Source: an uncultured Acidobacteriota bacterium (lineage in GTDB: Bacteria; Acidobacteriota; Thermoanaerobaculia; Gp7-AA8). From it: a stretch of DNA of 64,000 nucleotides. Under the pieces are notes generated by a model. That model was given only the letters and a program-made list of their open reading frames with translations. It was not told the origin of the DNA and did no database searches. This document shows, one piece after another, positions 31,815 through 41,170 of the stretch (position 1 is the stretch's first letter; every line of letters starts with the position of its first letter). A program made the translations under genes and the position numbers. The DNA lies in NCBI GenBank assembly GCA_963822445.1, contig CAWGHO010000002.1, positions 64,001-128,000 of the forward strand. The letters are read 5' to 3'.

Positions 31815-32855
31815 ATGGCCGACGTCACCTTCGACAACGTTGCGAAGCAGTACGGCGATGTATCCGTCATCCGGGACCTCAACCTGCACATCGATGACGG
31901 CGAGCTGATGGTGCTGGTCGGGCCGTCCGGCTGCGGAAAATCGACCGCGCTGCGGATGATCGCCGGGCTCGAAGAGGTGACCGCCGGAACGATCTCCATC
32001 GGCGGCAAGGCCGTGAACAACCTCGCTCCCAAAGACCGCGACATCGCCATGGTCTTCCAGAGCTACGCGCTCTACCCGCACATGACCGTGCGCGAGAACC
32101 TGGAGTTCGGCCTGAAGATGCGCGACGTCGCCCGCGATGAGATCAACCGCCGCGTCGGCGCTGCCGCGGAGATCCTCGGCATCAGCCACCTCCTCGATCG
32201 CAAGCCGAAGGATCTCTCCGGCGGCCAGCGCCAGCGCGTTGCCGTGGGCCGCGCCATCGTCCGCCAGCCCGCGGTGTTCCTCTTCGACGAGCCTCTCTCC
32301 AATCTCGACGCGAAACTCCGCGTGCAGACCCGCGGCGAGATCACCCGCCTCCAGCAAACCCTCGGCACGACCTCCGTCTACGTGACCCACGATCAGATCG
32401 AAGCCATGACCATGGGCCACCGCATCACCGTGATGCGCGACGGGAAAATCCAGCAGGTCGGAACGCCGCGCGAGGTCTACGAAAGGCCGGCGAACGCGTT
32501 CGTCGCGCAGTTCATCGGCACACCGCCGATGAATCTGATCCGCACGACCGTCGAGAACGGCACCGCCTTTTCGATTCCGGTACCGCTCGAGAACGGCAGG
32601 AAGATCATTCTCGGCATCCGCCCCGAGCACCTCACGCACGGCGGGTCAATCAGCGCGACTGTCGACGTGGTCGAGCCGATCGGCCACGAATCGATCGTGT
32701 ACGGCACCGCGAACGGAGAGAAGCTCGTGGCGATTTTCGATCCGCACGAGACGCCAAAGGTGGGAGAGACGATCGCGCTGGGCGTGGACCCCACTCGCGT
32801 TCACCTGTTCGACGCGGAAACCGAGCGGTTCATCCCTTCACGCTTCCCTGCATGA
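31815..32855 (+). CDS. Sugar ABC transporter ATP-binding protein (MalK/MsiK/UgpC type)
   Basis: GPSGCGKST, VFQSYALYPHM, LSGGQRQR, DEPLSNLDAKLR, TOBE GIRPEH. Confidence 0.95.
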   Translation: MADVTFDNVAKQYGDVSVIRDLNLHIDDGELMVLVGPSGCGKSTALRMIAGLEEVTAGTISIGGKAVNNLAPKDRDIAMVFQSYALYPHMTVRENLEFGLKMRDVARDEINRRVGAAAEILGISHLLDRKPKDLSGGQRQRVAVGRAIVRQPAVFLFDEPLSNLDAKLRVQTRGEITRLQQTLGTTSVYVTHDQIEAMTMGHRITVMRDGKIQQVGTPREVYERPANAFVAQFIGTPPMNLIRTTVENGTAFSIPVPLENGRKIILGIRPEHLTHGGSISATVDVVEPIGHESIVYGTANGEKLVAIFDPHETPKVGETIALGVDPTRVHLFDAETERFIPSRFPA

Positions 32856-33651
32856 TCCCGGCGATGTAGTAGCGCTGCAGGAACATGAACAGCGCCAGCA
32901 CCGGCAGCACCGTCACCACCGAGCCGGCCATCATCAACTCCACGTCCTGCACGTGCTCACCGGACAGATTCGCGAGCGCGACCGGCAGCGTGTAATGGGC
33001 CTGATCGGAAAGGATGATCAGCGGCCACATGAAGTCGTTCCACGTCGACATGAACATGAACGTGGCCAGGGTCGCCAGAATCGGCCGCGCCAGCGGCAGC
33101 ACGACACTCCAGTAAATCCGCCACTCGCTCGCGCCGTCGATGCGCGCGGCTTCGAGCAGGTCCTGCGGCACCGACATCATGAACTGCCGGATCATGAAGA
33201 TGCCGAACACGGTCACCATCGACGGGATGATCGCCCCCCAGTAGCTGTTGACCAGGCCGAGGCCTTTCATCAGCAGGAAGAGCGGGAGCATGCCCACTTG
33301 CGGCGGGATCACCAACGCGATGAGAAGCACGCCGAAGAGCCGCTCCCGCCCGCCGAACCGCAACTTCGCGAACGCATATCCGGCCATCGAGCCGAAGAGC
33401 ACCGAGAAGACCGTGACGGCTGTCGCCACGATCGCGCTGCTCAGAAACGCGCGGCCGAGGTTGAGCCGCAGAAACAGCTCGCGATATTGATCGAGCGTCG
33501 GCTCGTGGGGCACGAGGTGCGGCGGAAAGGTGGTCGCTTCGCCCGGCGACATCAGTGATGCGGAGACCATCCAGAACAGAGGGAAGAGCGTGATGATCCC
33601 GCCGGCGATGAGCACGCCGTGCAGCAGGATGCTGTCCATTCGCCGGTTCAT
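32830..33651 (-). CDS. Carbohydrate ABC transporter permease
   Basis: AGYAFAK, EAARIDGA, WNDFMWPL; start MNRRMDS overlaps the upstream stop. Confidence 0.92.
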   Translation of the reverse strand: MNRRMDSILLHGVLIAGGIITLFPLFWMVSASLMSPGEATTFPPHLVPHEPTLDQYRELFLRLNLGRAFLSSAIVATAVTVFSVLFGSMAGYAFAKLRFGGRERLFGVLLIALVIPPQVGMLPLFLLMKGLGLVNSYWGAIIPSMVTVFGIFMIRQFMMSVPQDLLEAARIDGASEWRIYWSVVLPLARPILATLATFMFMSTWNDFMWPLIILSDQAHYTLPVALANLSGEHVQDVELMMAGSVVTVLPVLALFMFLQRYYIAGIMQGSVKG

Positions 33652-34520
33652 CGATCCTTCTGCATCTTGATCTGCAGCAGCGTTGCGGCGCCGATCACCA
33701 GGAACAGCACGAACGCGACCGCCGCCGCGTAACCCATTTCCCAGAACTTGAAGCCCTGCTGGTACATGAGCATGACCATGGTCACGGTCTTGTTCAGCGG
33801 ACCGCCCTGGGTCATCACGTACGGCTCGGCGAAGATCTGCAGTTGTCCGATCGCCACGACGACGCCGACGAAAAGGAACGTCGGCGCGAGCATCGGCAAC
33901 GTCACGTGCCGGAACTGTTTCCACGCACCGGCGCCATCGAGCCGCGCCGCCTCATACAGCTCTTCCGGAATCTGCTGCAGCCCGGCGATGAAGATGATCA
34001 TCGTGTAGCCGAAGCCCTTCCACACGGCCAGCAGGATGATCGCGAGCATGGCCAGCTTCGGATTGCCCAGCCAGTCCGGCTGCGGCAATCCGATCGTGTC
34101 GAGGAAGCGGTTCAGCATCCCGAAGCGCGGGTGGTAGAGGTATTTGAAGACGATCGACACCGCGACGAGCGTGGTGACGACAGGCGCGAAGTACATCGTC
34201 CGGAACAGCGACTTGAATCGCGTGAGCCGCGCGTTGACGAGGAGCGCCGCCGCGAGCGACACGGCGACGGTCAGCGGACCGCCGACCAGCGCGAAATACA
34301 TCGTGTTCGCGAACGCCGTCCAGAAAATGCTGCTGCTGAGGAGCTCCTGATAGTTGCGGATCCCGACGATGCGCACGTTTTGCGGGTCGCCGAGGGTGTA
34401 GAGATCGAAGTCGGTGAGGCTGAGGGCGAAACCGGCGATGACCGGTGCGAAGAAGAAGACCGTGAGCAGCACGATCGCCGGTGCGAGGAAGAGCAGGGCG
34501 GCGCGGGCTTCAGATTTCAT
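33648..34520 (-). CDS. Carbohydrate ABC transporter permease
   Basis: FLAP, YFAPVV, EAARLDGA, MGYAAA. Confidence 0.93.
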   Translation of the reverse strand: MKSEARAALLFLAPAIVLLTVFFFAPVIAGFALSLTDFDLYTLGDPQNVRIVGIRNYQELLSSSIFWTAFANTMYFALVGGPLTVAVSLAAALLVNARLTRFKSLFRTMYFAPVVTTLVAVSIVFKYLYHPRFGMLNRFLDTIGLPQPDWLGNPKLAMLAIILLAVWKGFGYTMIIFIAGLQQIPEELYEAARLDGAGAWKQFRHVTLPMLAPTFLFVGVVVAIGQLQIFAEPYVMTQGGPLNKTVTMVMLMYQQGFKFWEMGYAAAVAFVLFLVIGAATLLQIKMQKDR

Positions 34521-35830
34521 TTTCGCGTCAAAATCCAGCGCCGTTTTTCCAGCAGCTCGTCGGCGCGCTCATCGAGCGCCTTCACCGCGGCATCAACGCT
34601 CGTCGTGCCTCGCGCGGCCGCCTCGCCACGGTCGTAAATCGCGGTCGCGATCTGCTCCCACTCCGGCACTTGCGGCAGCGGCCGGACTGACTCGAGTTGC
34701 TCGCGGAATGCTGGAAAACGTGGCTCAGCGGCGAGCGCCGGGGATTTCCAGGCCGACCGGCGCGCGGGCAAATCGCCGGTGAGTTCGAAGAAACGAACCT
34801 GCTGGGCCGGCTGTGAGAGAAACTCGATGAACTTGCGCGCCGCCGGTTTGTTCTGCGACGCCCGGAAAATCACCAGACTCGAACCGCCGGCCATGGAAAT
34901 GCCCGGGCCCTTCGCATCGCGACCGGGGATCGGCGCGGTCGCCCATTTGTCCTGCATGTCCTCGGGCAGCCGCCGCCGGAACTCGCCCACGTTCCACGGA
35001 CCGCTGATGTACATGGCGAAATCGCCCTGCGCGAATTGCTGATAGAGATTCGCGATCTGCTGATTGCTCGACGCCGGCGCGTGCCCGTGCTTGAACATGT
35101 CCACGTAAAACGTGAACGCTTCGGCGAACTCACGCTGACGAAATGCCCCGCGCGTCCCCTCGGCATTCAACAGGCCCGATCCGTTCGAGAGCGCGAGCAC
35201 GACCGGAGGCTCGTATTCATTGGTCGGAATGAGGATTCCGAAGCGGCTCCTTTTCTGCGAGACGATTTTCTGCATCGCGTCGCTCCACTCCGCCCAGGTG
35301 CGCGGCCCGTTCGGATAGCCGACGCTGGCGAGAATGTCGCTGCGATAAAAGAGGACGCGCGTGTCGACGTACCACGGCACGCCGTAAAGCGATCCGGCGA
35401 CGACATTCGTCGCCCAGATGCCGGGAAAGTAGTCGCGTTGATCGACGACGTTTGATTGCGCGGCAAACGGCGTCAGATCATCCAGCGCGCGCACCGCCAC
35501 GAACTCGGCGATCCAGGTGTTGCCGATCTGCGCGACGTCCGGCGTCGAGTCGCCAACGTGCGCGGTCAGCAGCTTTTCATGCGCCGCGCTCCAGGGGATC
35601 TGCTGGACTTTGACCTTGATGCCGGGATTGAGCCGCTCGAATTCGGGGATCATCTCCGCGACGACTTCCCCCTCGCGGCCCAGGCCCCAGAACTCGAGCG
35701 TTTCCCGCGAGCTTTGCCCGCGGCACGAGAGCAGTAGGACGAATGCAGAATGCAGAATGCAGAATGCAGAAATGAGGATCCGCGATCTGTATCGCGGACT
35801 TTTCTGCATTCTGCATTCTGCATTCTGCAT
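34517..35830 (-). CDS. Sugar ABC transporter substrate-binding lipoprotein
   Basis: Lipobox LLSC; VQQIPW..AHEKLLTA, YGVPWYVDTR..FYR, GPWN, GGSSL. The N-terminus is encoded by a heptamer palindrome. Confidence 0.9.
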   Translation of the reverse strand: MQNAECRMQKSPRYRSRILISAFCILHSAFVLLLSCRGQSSRETLEFWGLGREGEVVAEMIPEFERLNPGIKVKVQQIPWSAAHEKLLTAHVGDSTPDVAQIGNTWIAEFVAVRALDDLTPFAAQSNVVDQRDYFPGIWATNVVAGSLYGVPWYVDTRVLFYRSDILASVGYPNGPRTWAEWSDAMQKIVSQKRSRFGILIPTNEYEPPVVLALSNGSGLLNAEGTRGAFRQREFAEAFTFYVDMFKHGHAPASSNQQIANLYQQFAQGDFAMYISGPWNVGEFRRRLPEDMQDKWATAPIPGRDAKGPGISMAGGSSLVIFRASQNKPAARKFIEFLSQPAQQVRFFELTGDLPARRSAWKSPALAAEPRFPAFREQLESVRPLPQVPEWEQIATAIYDRGEAAARGTTSVDAAVKALDERADELLEKRRWILTRK

Positions 35831-35832
35831 TC
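35741..35832. repeat. Inverted heptamer tandem repeat (GAATGCA)4 ... (TGCATTC)4 with a central hairpin
   Basis: Near-perfect ~92-bp palindrome with centre TCCGCGAT-ctgt-ATCGCGGA. Confidence 0.93.
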
Positions 35833-37216
35833 ACTCCCCCAACCACGCGCCGGTGAAGCCGGCCCGCTTCAATCCGCGAATCACATGCGGATTCTTCTTC
35901 ATCGTCTCCCACACCAGACCACTGCGATGGTTCTCGATCATGGCAATGATCGGTCCCTGATCGATGCCGAGGTAGTCGACGTCGAACCAGCCAAGATTGG
36001 GATCGATGCGGCCGTGCAGGAGCTTGGGTGCGGAGCGCAGCGTCGGGTTGAACGCGTCGACGAAGCCGTACTTCGAGTACAGATTGTCACCGTACCGCGT
36101 GCTCATCGCACGCAACGCCTTCATCGACTGCTCGGGCGTGAACACGATCGACGCGATCGCCGCGGTCGGCGCGATTGTCCCGTCATCGCGGATCTCGCCG
36201 TTCGTCGCGCCTCGCGCGGCGTACGATTGAAACGTCCGCTCTCTCCCGTCGATCGTGAGCGTCGCGTCGACCGGTCCGTCGCACGCGGTCAGCCCCCAGA
36301 TCTCATCGCCGTAATCACGCCACCCTCCGGGATTGTCGATGGCGTAGGCGTGTTGCGCCAGCGACGCCCGTCGCGAATTCTCGAAGTAATCGATTCCCCG
36401 CTCTCGCATGTACGCGTCCTTGATTCCGCGGAAATCGATCCAGACGTGCGAATACTGGTGACCGAAGAGCGGCGCGAACAGCAAATGCTCCTGTCCGTAA
36501 AACTCACCCCATTTGTAGGTCTGCGTGTACGCGTCCCAGGCGCTCGCGTCGACGGGATGGGTCGGCGATCCGAGGGCGAGGACGATCACGATCATGGCCT
36601 CGTTGTAGCCGCGCCAGTCCCAGTCGATGAATCCTTTCTCCGGAGTCCAGCCCATGCTGATCAACGGCGTACGCGTCTGTGCCCACGGCCAGTCGACGCG
36701 CGCATACATCACATCAACGGCTGACCGGATTGCCCGTTCCGTTTCATTATCGCGATCGAAATACGACTGCGCGAATAACGCGCCGGCGATGAGGAGCGCC
36801 GTGTCCACTGTCGACAATTCGACAGTCTTGAAACGGTCACCCGTCTTCATGTCCAGGAAGTGGTAGTAAAAACCTTTGTAGCCTGCAACGCCGCTCGCCT
36901 CAGGTCCTTCCTTCATGGCCAGCATCGACTGCAGCGTTGCCAGCGTGCGCTCCGCCGCCTGTTCGCGCGTCACATACCCGCGATGCGCGCCGATTCCGTA
37001 AGCCGTCAATCCGAATCCGACCGCGGCAATGCTCGAAAACGACGGCGTCGGCGCGCGGTCGGGAATCAGTTTCGTGTTCGGGTCGGCCAGTTCCCAGAAG
37101 AAGAGAAAGGTGCGCCGCTGGACATCATCCAGCAGCGCACCTTCAGACGTTCGCGGCGTATTCGTCGCGCACGCAACCGAGAACAGGAGGACGAGCGCGA
37201 CGATACGCCGGATCAT
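35831..37216 (-). CDS. 'Glucoamylase family' (GH144-like endo-beta-1,2-glucanase) lipoprotein
   Basis: SIAAVGFGL, GFYYHF, ELSTVDTA, WRGYNEA, FAPLFGHQYSH, WGLTACDGP, GIDQGP. Confidence 0.82.
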   Translation of the reverse strand: MIRRIVALVLLFSVACATNTPRTSEGALLDDVQRRTFLFFWELADPNTKLIPDRAPTPSFSSIAAVGFGLTAYGIGAHRGYVTREQAAERTLATLQSMLAMKEGPEASGVAGYKGFYYHFLDMKTGDRFKTVELSTVDTALLIAGALFAQSYFDRDNETERAIRSAVDVMYARVDWPWAQTRTPLISMGWTPEKGFIDWDWRGYNEAMIVIVLALGSPTHPVDASAWDAYTQTYKWGEFYGQEHLLFAPLFGHQYSHVWIDFRGIKDAYMRERGIDYFENSRRASLAQHAYAIDNPGGWRDYGDEIWGLTACDGPVDATLTIDGRERTFQSYAARGATNGEIRDDGTIAPTAAIASIVFTPEQSMKALRAMSTRYGDNLYSKYGFVDAFNPTLRSAPKLLHGRIDPNLGWFDVDYLGIDQGPIIAMIENHRSGLVWETMKKNPHVIRGLKRAGFTGAWLGE

Positions 37217-37226
37217 TTGTAAACCT

Positions 37227-40070
37227 TTAGAAGCTCACTCGCAGGCCGATCTGCTCACGCCGTCCGAGCGAGACGGCACAGTTGCCGACGCCTAGGTTCG
37301 GATTGCCCTCGGGCGGGAGGAAGTTCGTCAGGCATCCCTCGTTCGTCTCGTTGAAGGCATTGAACACTTCCGCGACCACGCCGATCGTCGTTCCGGCAAA
37401 CGCCCGGAAATCCTTCGACAGACGGAAGTCGGCCGTGCGATATCCACCATCCGGATAGACGGCATCGTTGATCACGCCGGTCTCGAGCCTTCCCGGCAAC
37501 CCGAACCCTTTCGAGAAATCGAACACCGGCGTTGCTTCACCGCTGCTGATGATGATGTTCGTGCTCAGGCGGACGTCCCACGGGAGGCCGACGATGGCCG
37601 TGACGTTGAACCGATTCGGTTCCGCCCCCGCGCGCGGATGTCTGCCATAGAGATTGGCGGCCGGAAGATCGAGGCTGAACAGATCGTTTCCGGTCTGTTC
37701 CGCCGTCGCGTTCGTGTAGGTGAACCGTGCGCCCCAGCGATTCGAGCCCGTGTACGGGCGGTCGAGGGTGAGACTGAAGCCGTCGTACCAGAATTCCTTG
37801 CCGACCGGATCGTTGATGATCACGTTGCCGAATCCCGGCGCAAACGCGCCGCAGCATGTGCCCGACGCCGCGACGTACGTGATGCCGCGCTTGCCGCGAA
37901 CGGCGTTGTAGCCGATCGATCCCAGCCACTGGCCGAAGGTCTGGCGATAGCCGATGTTGTACTGCGTCGAATAAGGCGGCTTCGTTTCGTTGCTGAGCAG
38001 GAAAATCTCCGGCCTGGCCCCGCCGGCAGCGATCAGAGCCTGCAGCCCTTCCTTGGTGAAGTACTTCGGGTCCCACTGGATCGCGCCGCCGGACCCGTCG
38101 GGCGAGAAGCGGAAGCGATAGACGGGGAATTGCAGGCGGAAACGCTCGTCCAGCGTGGAGTTGAGGAACAGCCGATCGTAGTACTTGCCCCAGCCGCCGA
38201 AGACGACGGACCTGCTGTCGCCGCGGAGGTCGTAGGTGAATCCGAGGCGCGGCTGCCACATGCTCTTGTAGGGCTCGCGCTCGTTCCCTGTGGAGAAGTA
38301 TTCATCGGGGATGCTGATCGTGCGGCCGTCGAACGGGAACGATTTCCCTTTCAGCGCCGCGACGATGTTCGACGGCGTGACGTACTCGTCGTCCAGCATC
38401 TTCGACTCGTAATCCCAGCGCAGGCCGAGGTCGAGCGTGAGCTTGTTGTTGACGTTCCACTTGTCCTGCGCGTAGATGCCGTATTCGGTGTTGTCGAGCG
38501 ACAGCCGCGGATTGCCGATTCCGAAGTCCGCTTCGAACGGGATGTTGCTGTAGACGCCGTTGGCGTCCGGCAGGAACTTGAACTCCGGATTGCCGTTGAG
38601 GCTCTTGTTCACCTTGTACTTCATGAAATCGATGTTGCCGCCTACCTGGAAGGTGTGCGTTCCGTACATCGTCATCGGCGCGAAGTGGAAGTTGTCGCGC
38701 AGCTCCAACCGGCGCTGGTCGAACTCCTGGGTAGTGCTGCCGCCGCCGATGCGGATCACCGTGGCGAATCCGGGCGCGAAGTAACGGCGTCCGACGAGGT
38801 CCGGATTGCGCGGCGACGGGTTCCATCCGAATCGCTGCAGGCTCACCGTCGCCTCATTGAGCGCGGAACCCAGGATCCACTGATGCCGCGCCGTGGTGCC
38901 GTAGACGTAGTTCTTGAAGTCGGTGGCCGACTCGAAGCTGTCCTGGCCGCCGAAGTTGCGCGTCTCACTCTCGTCGCGATAGCTCGAGCTGAGCTCCGCG
39001 ATCTGCCCCGACGCGATCTGCCAGCTCACCTTGCCGAACAACAGGTGCGAACGGAACGGAGCGGGGAACGAACCTGTGTACTGAGAAAACTGGCTCCCCA
39101 ACTGGCTGTTGGTGATGACTACCGCGTTTTCCGCGTCCTCGTCGTCTCCCTCGTAGGTGACGAAGAAATGCAGCCGGTCCCTGATGATCGGTCCGCCGAG
39201 GCTGATCCCGGGCTGCAGGCGTTGGTACTCCGTGTTCGCCGTCAGCGTGTTGAACCCGAAGTTCTTCTCCGTCTCCTCGACCCAGGCTTTGGGCTGGTAA
39301 TAGAGGAACGCCTGCCCGTTGAACTCGTTGCCGCCCGATTTCGTCACCGCGGTGATGATGGCGCTCGAGGCCTGGCCGTATTGCGCGCTGTAGTTCTGGG
39401 TGATGACGCGGAACTCCTGCACCGCGCTCTGCGGGAACGGATTGCCGCGGCTCGAGTCCTGGCCGCTCGTTCCACCCTGAAGAATGTCGTTCTTCGTGCT
39501 CACGCCGTCGATGTAGATGTTGGTCTGCTCCGCGTCCTGGGCATCGCCGGCGAACGTCTTCCGGAGCGGGTCTTTGGAGAGGCGGACGCCCGGCGCCAGC
39601 GCGGCGAAATTGAGGAAGTTGCGGTCGTCCTGCGGGAGGTTTTCGATCTGGTGCGTAGTGACGTTCGTGGCGACCTCGCTCGTCTCCGTCTCGACCGCCT
39701 GCGTGCCGACGACGGTGATGCTCTCGCGCAGAACGCTGGTCTCGGAGAGCTGCGGGATCATCTCCAGCGACTGACCGACCAGCACGGTGACTGTCTGGCT
39801 GATCGGATCGAATCCGGGCGCGGCCACGACGATGTTGTATTCGCCCGGGTTGAGGCCGGCAAGGGTGAAGGAACCGTCTGGTCCCGCCGTCACGGTGCGC
39901 ACGAAGCCGGTGGCCGTGCCGACGGCGCTGATCTCTGCGCCGGCGACGGGGTTACCTGCGGCATCTTTGACCGTGCCGCGAATCGTTGCGGTAGTGGACT
40001 GGGCCTGCGCGGTCACCGCCATACCCAATACCAGCAGAGTAAACAGCAACAGCTCGAACGTGCGTCTCAT
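37227..40070 (-). CDS. TonB-dependent receptor (Oar-like, N-terminal carboxypeptidase-regulatory-like domain)
   Basis: Signal peptide, IRGTVKD..G.PV.GA, plug AVQEFRVIT...AQYG, GGPIIRDRLHFF, PRLGFTYD, terminal Phe. Confidence 0.92.
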   Translation of the reverse strand: MRRTFELLLFTLLVLGMAVTAQAQSTTATIRGTVKDAAGNPVAGAEISAVGTATGFVRTVTAGPDGSFTLAGLNPGEYNIVVAAPGFDPISQTVTVLVGQSLEMIPQLSETSVLRESITVVGTQAVETETSEVATNVTTHQIENLPQDDRNFLNFAALAPGVRLSKDPLRKTFAGDAQDAEQTNIYIDGVSTKNDILQGGTSGQDSSRGNPFPQSAVQEFRVITQNYSAQYGQASSAIITAVTKSGGNEFNGQAFLYYQPKAWVEETEKNFGFNTLTANTEYQRLQPGISLGGPIIRDRLHFFVTYEGDDEDAENAVVITNSQLGSQFSQYTGSFPAPFRSHLLFGKVSWQIASGQIAELSSSYRDESETRNFGGQDSFESATDFKNYVYGTTARHQWILGSALNEATVSLQRFGWNPSPRNPDLVGRRYFAPGFATVIRIGGGSTTQEFDQRRLELRDNFHFAPMTMYGTHTFQVGGNIDFMKYKVNKSLNGNPEFKFLPDANGVYSNIPFEADFGIGNPRLSLDNTEYGIYAQDKWNVNNKLTLDLGLRWDYESKMLDDEYVTPSNIVAALKGKSFPFDGRTISIPDEYFSTGNEREPYKSMWQPRLGFTYDLRGDSRSVVFGGWGKYYDRLFLNSTLDERFRLQFPVYRFRFSPDGSGGAIQWDPKYFTKEGLQALIAAGGARPEIFLLSNETKPPYSTQYNIGYRQTFGQWLGSIGYNAVRGKRGITYVAASGTCCGAFAPGFGNVIINDPVGKEFWYDGFSLTLDRPYTGSNRWGARFTYTNATAEQTGNDLFSLDLPAANLYGRHPRAGAEPNRFNVTAIVGLPWDVRLSTNIIISSGEATPVFDFSKGFGLPGRLETGVINDAVYPDGGYRTADFRLSKDFRAFAGTTIGVVAEVFNAFNETNEGCLTNFLPPEGNPNLGVGNCAVSLGRREQIGLRVSF

Positions 40071-41131
40071 GGCGTTTCTCCTTTTCTCCGGGCTTTTCGT
40101 TTTTTGTCGGGTGATCCGCACGACTTCCGCACCACCAGCGTGGTGCCGATGCGCTCGCGTCGCGGTTCGCGGGCGCCGTGATGGGCGATGACGTCGAGCA
40201 GTACGGCGAATGCACGGCGTCCGAGCTCGGCGATGTCGACGCCGATGGTGGTCAGTTGGGGCGAGACGTAGCGGGCGATGGGGATGTCATCGAATCCGAC
40301 GACGGTCACTTGGCCCGGCACGGTCACGCCCTCCTCTGCCAGCGCCGCAAGTGCGCCGATGGCCATGGAGTCGTTCGCGGCGAAGATCGCGGTGGGCCGC
40401 GGATTCATCGCCGCAATCTCCTGGGCCGCGGCGTGCCCCGAGGCCTCGGTGAAGTCGCCGCGGAGCTCCACGGGTTTCGCGGACGTGCCGCGCATCGACT
40501 GGCGGTAGCCACGCAGCCGTTCGCGCGCGTCGGCGTTCTGCGCGGGGCCGGTGATGAAGGCGATGTTGGTGTGTCCGAGGGATGCGAGGTGGCGCATCAT
40601 CGCGCGGGCGCCGCCGAAGTTGTCGATGGTGATGGCGTCGTGGTGCTCGTCGCGCGAATTGATCAGCACGATGGGCAGTCGCTCATGCAGTCCATCGACG
40701 GCCACGTCCGGAGCCATGACCACGAGGCCGTCGACACGGCCGCGCATCGCCTCCACCACATCCATCATCTCGTCAGCCTCGGCGTGCGATCCGGAAACGA
40801 GGATGTGGTAGCCCTCGCGACGCGCGGCCACGTCGATGCCGCGGATCACTTCCGAGAAGAACTCGCCGTGGACTTCCGGCAGGACGATGCCGATGGTCTG
40901 GCTGCGGCGGATGCTCAACGCGCGCGCCGCAACGTTCGGTACGTAACGGAGAGTGCGCGCTGCTTCGAGGACGTGCGCGGACGTCGTCTCCTTCACCAGT
41001 TCCTTGCCGTTGAGCACGCGCGAAACGGTGGCCACGGACACTCCGGCGCGGGCAGCGACATCGCGAATCGTCGCCGCTGCCGCCACCTGGCGGCCCTTAG
41101 CGCGACGCAATTCGGACCTGCTTGCACTCAT
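40067..41131 (-). CDS. LacI family transcriptional regulator
   Basis: TIRDVAARAGVSVATVSRVLN HTH, YVPNVAAR hinge, FAANDSMA, VGFDD. The start may be the downstream GTG. Confidence 0.93.
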   Translation of the reverse strand: MSASRSELRRAKGRQVAAAATIRDVAARAGVSVATVSRVLNGKELVKETTSAHVLEAARTLRYVPNVAARALSIRRSQTIGIVLPEVHGEFFSEVIRGIDVAARREGYHILVSGSHAEADEMMDVVEAMRGRVDGLVVMAPDVAVDGLHERLPIVLINSRDEHHDAITIDNFGGARAMMRHLASLGHTNIAFITGPAQNADARERLRGYRQSMRGTSAKPVELRGDFTEASGHAAAQEIAAMNPRPTAIFAANDSMAIGALAALAEEGVTVPGQVTVVGFDDIPIARYVSPQLTTIGVDIAELGRRAFAVLLDVIAHHGAREPRRERIGTTLVVRKSCGSPDKKRKARRKGETP

Positions 41132-41132
41132 G

Positions 41133-41148
41133 ATGTAAACGGTTACAT
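41133..41148. promoter_or_regulatory. LacI-family operator
   Basis: ATGTAAACGGTTACAT near-perfect palindrome with central CG, in the divergent lacI/GH1 gap. Confidence 0.8.
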
Positions 41149-41170
41149 TTTGGGGTACGCTACTCTCCTC

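Noticed and set aside
29277-35832. Heptamer arrays or REP doublets as CRISPR arrays
   Set aside because: The units are 7-bp tandem repeats or hairpins without unique spacers, and there are no cas genes.
37638-40181. Long antisense ORFs (e.g. 37638-40181, 12903-14717, 50291-52306, 57727-59502, 41183-42736)
   Set aside because: They are shadow frames of high-GC genes and have no recognisable motifs.
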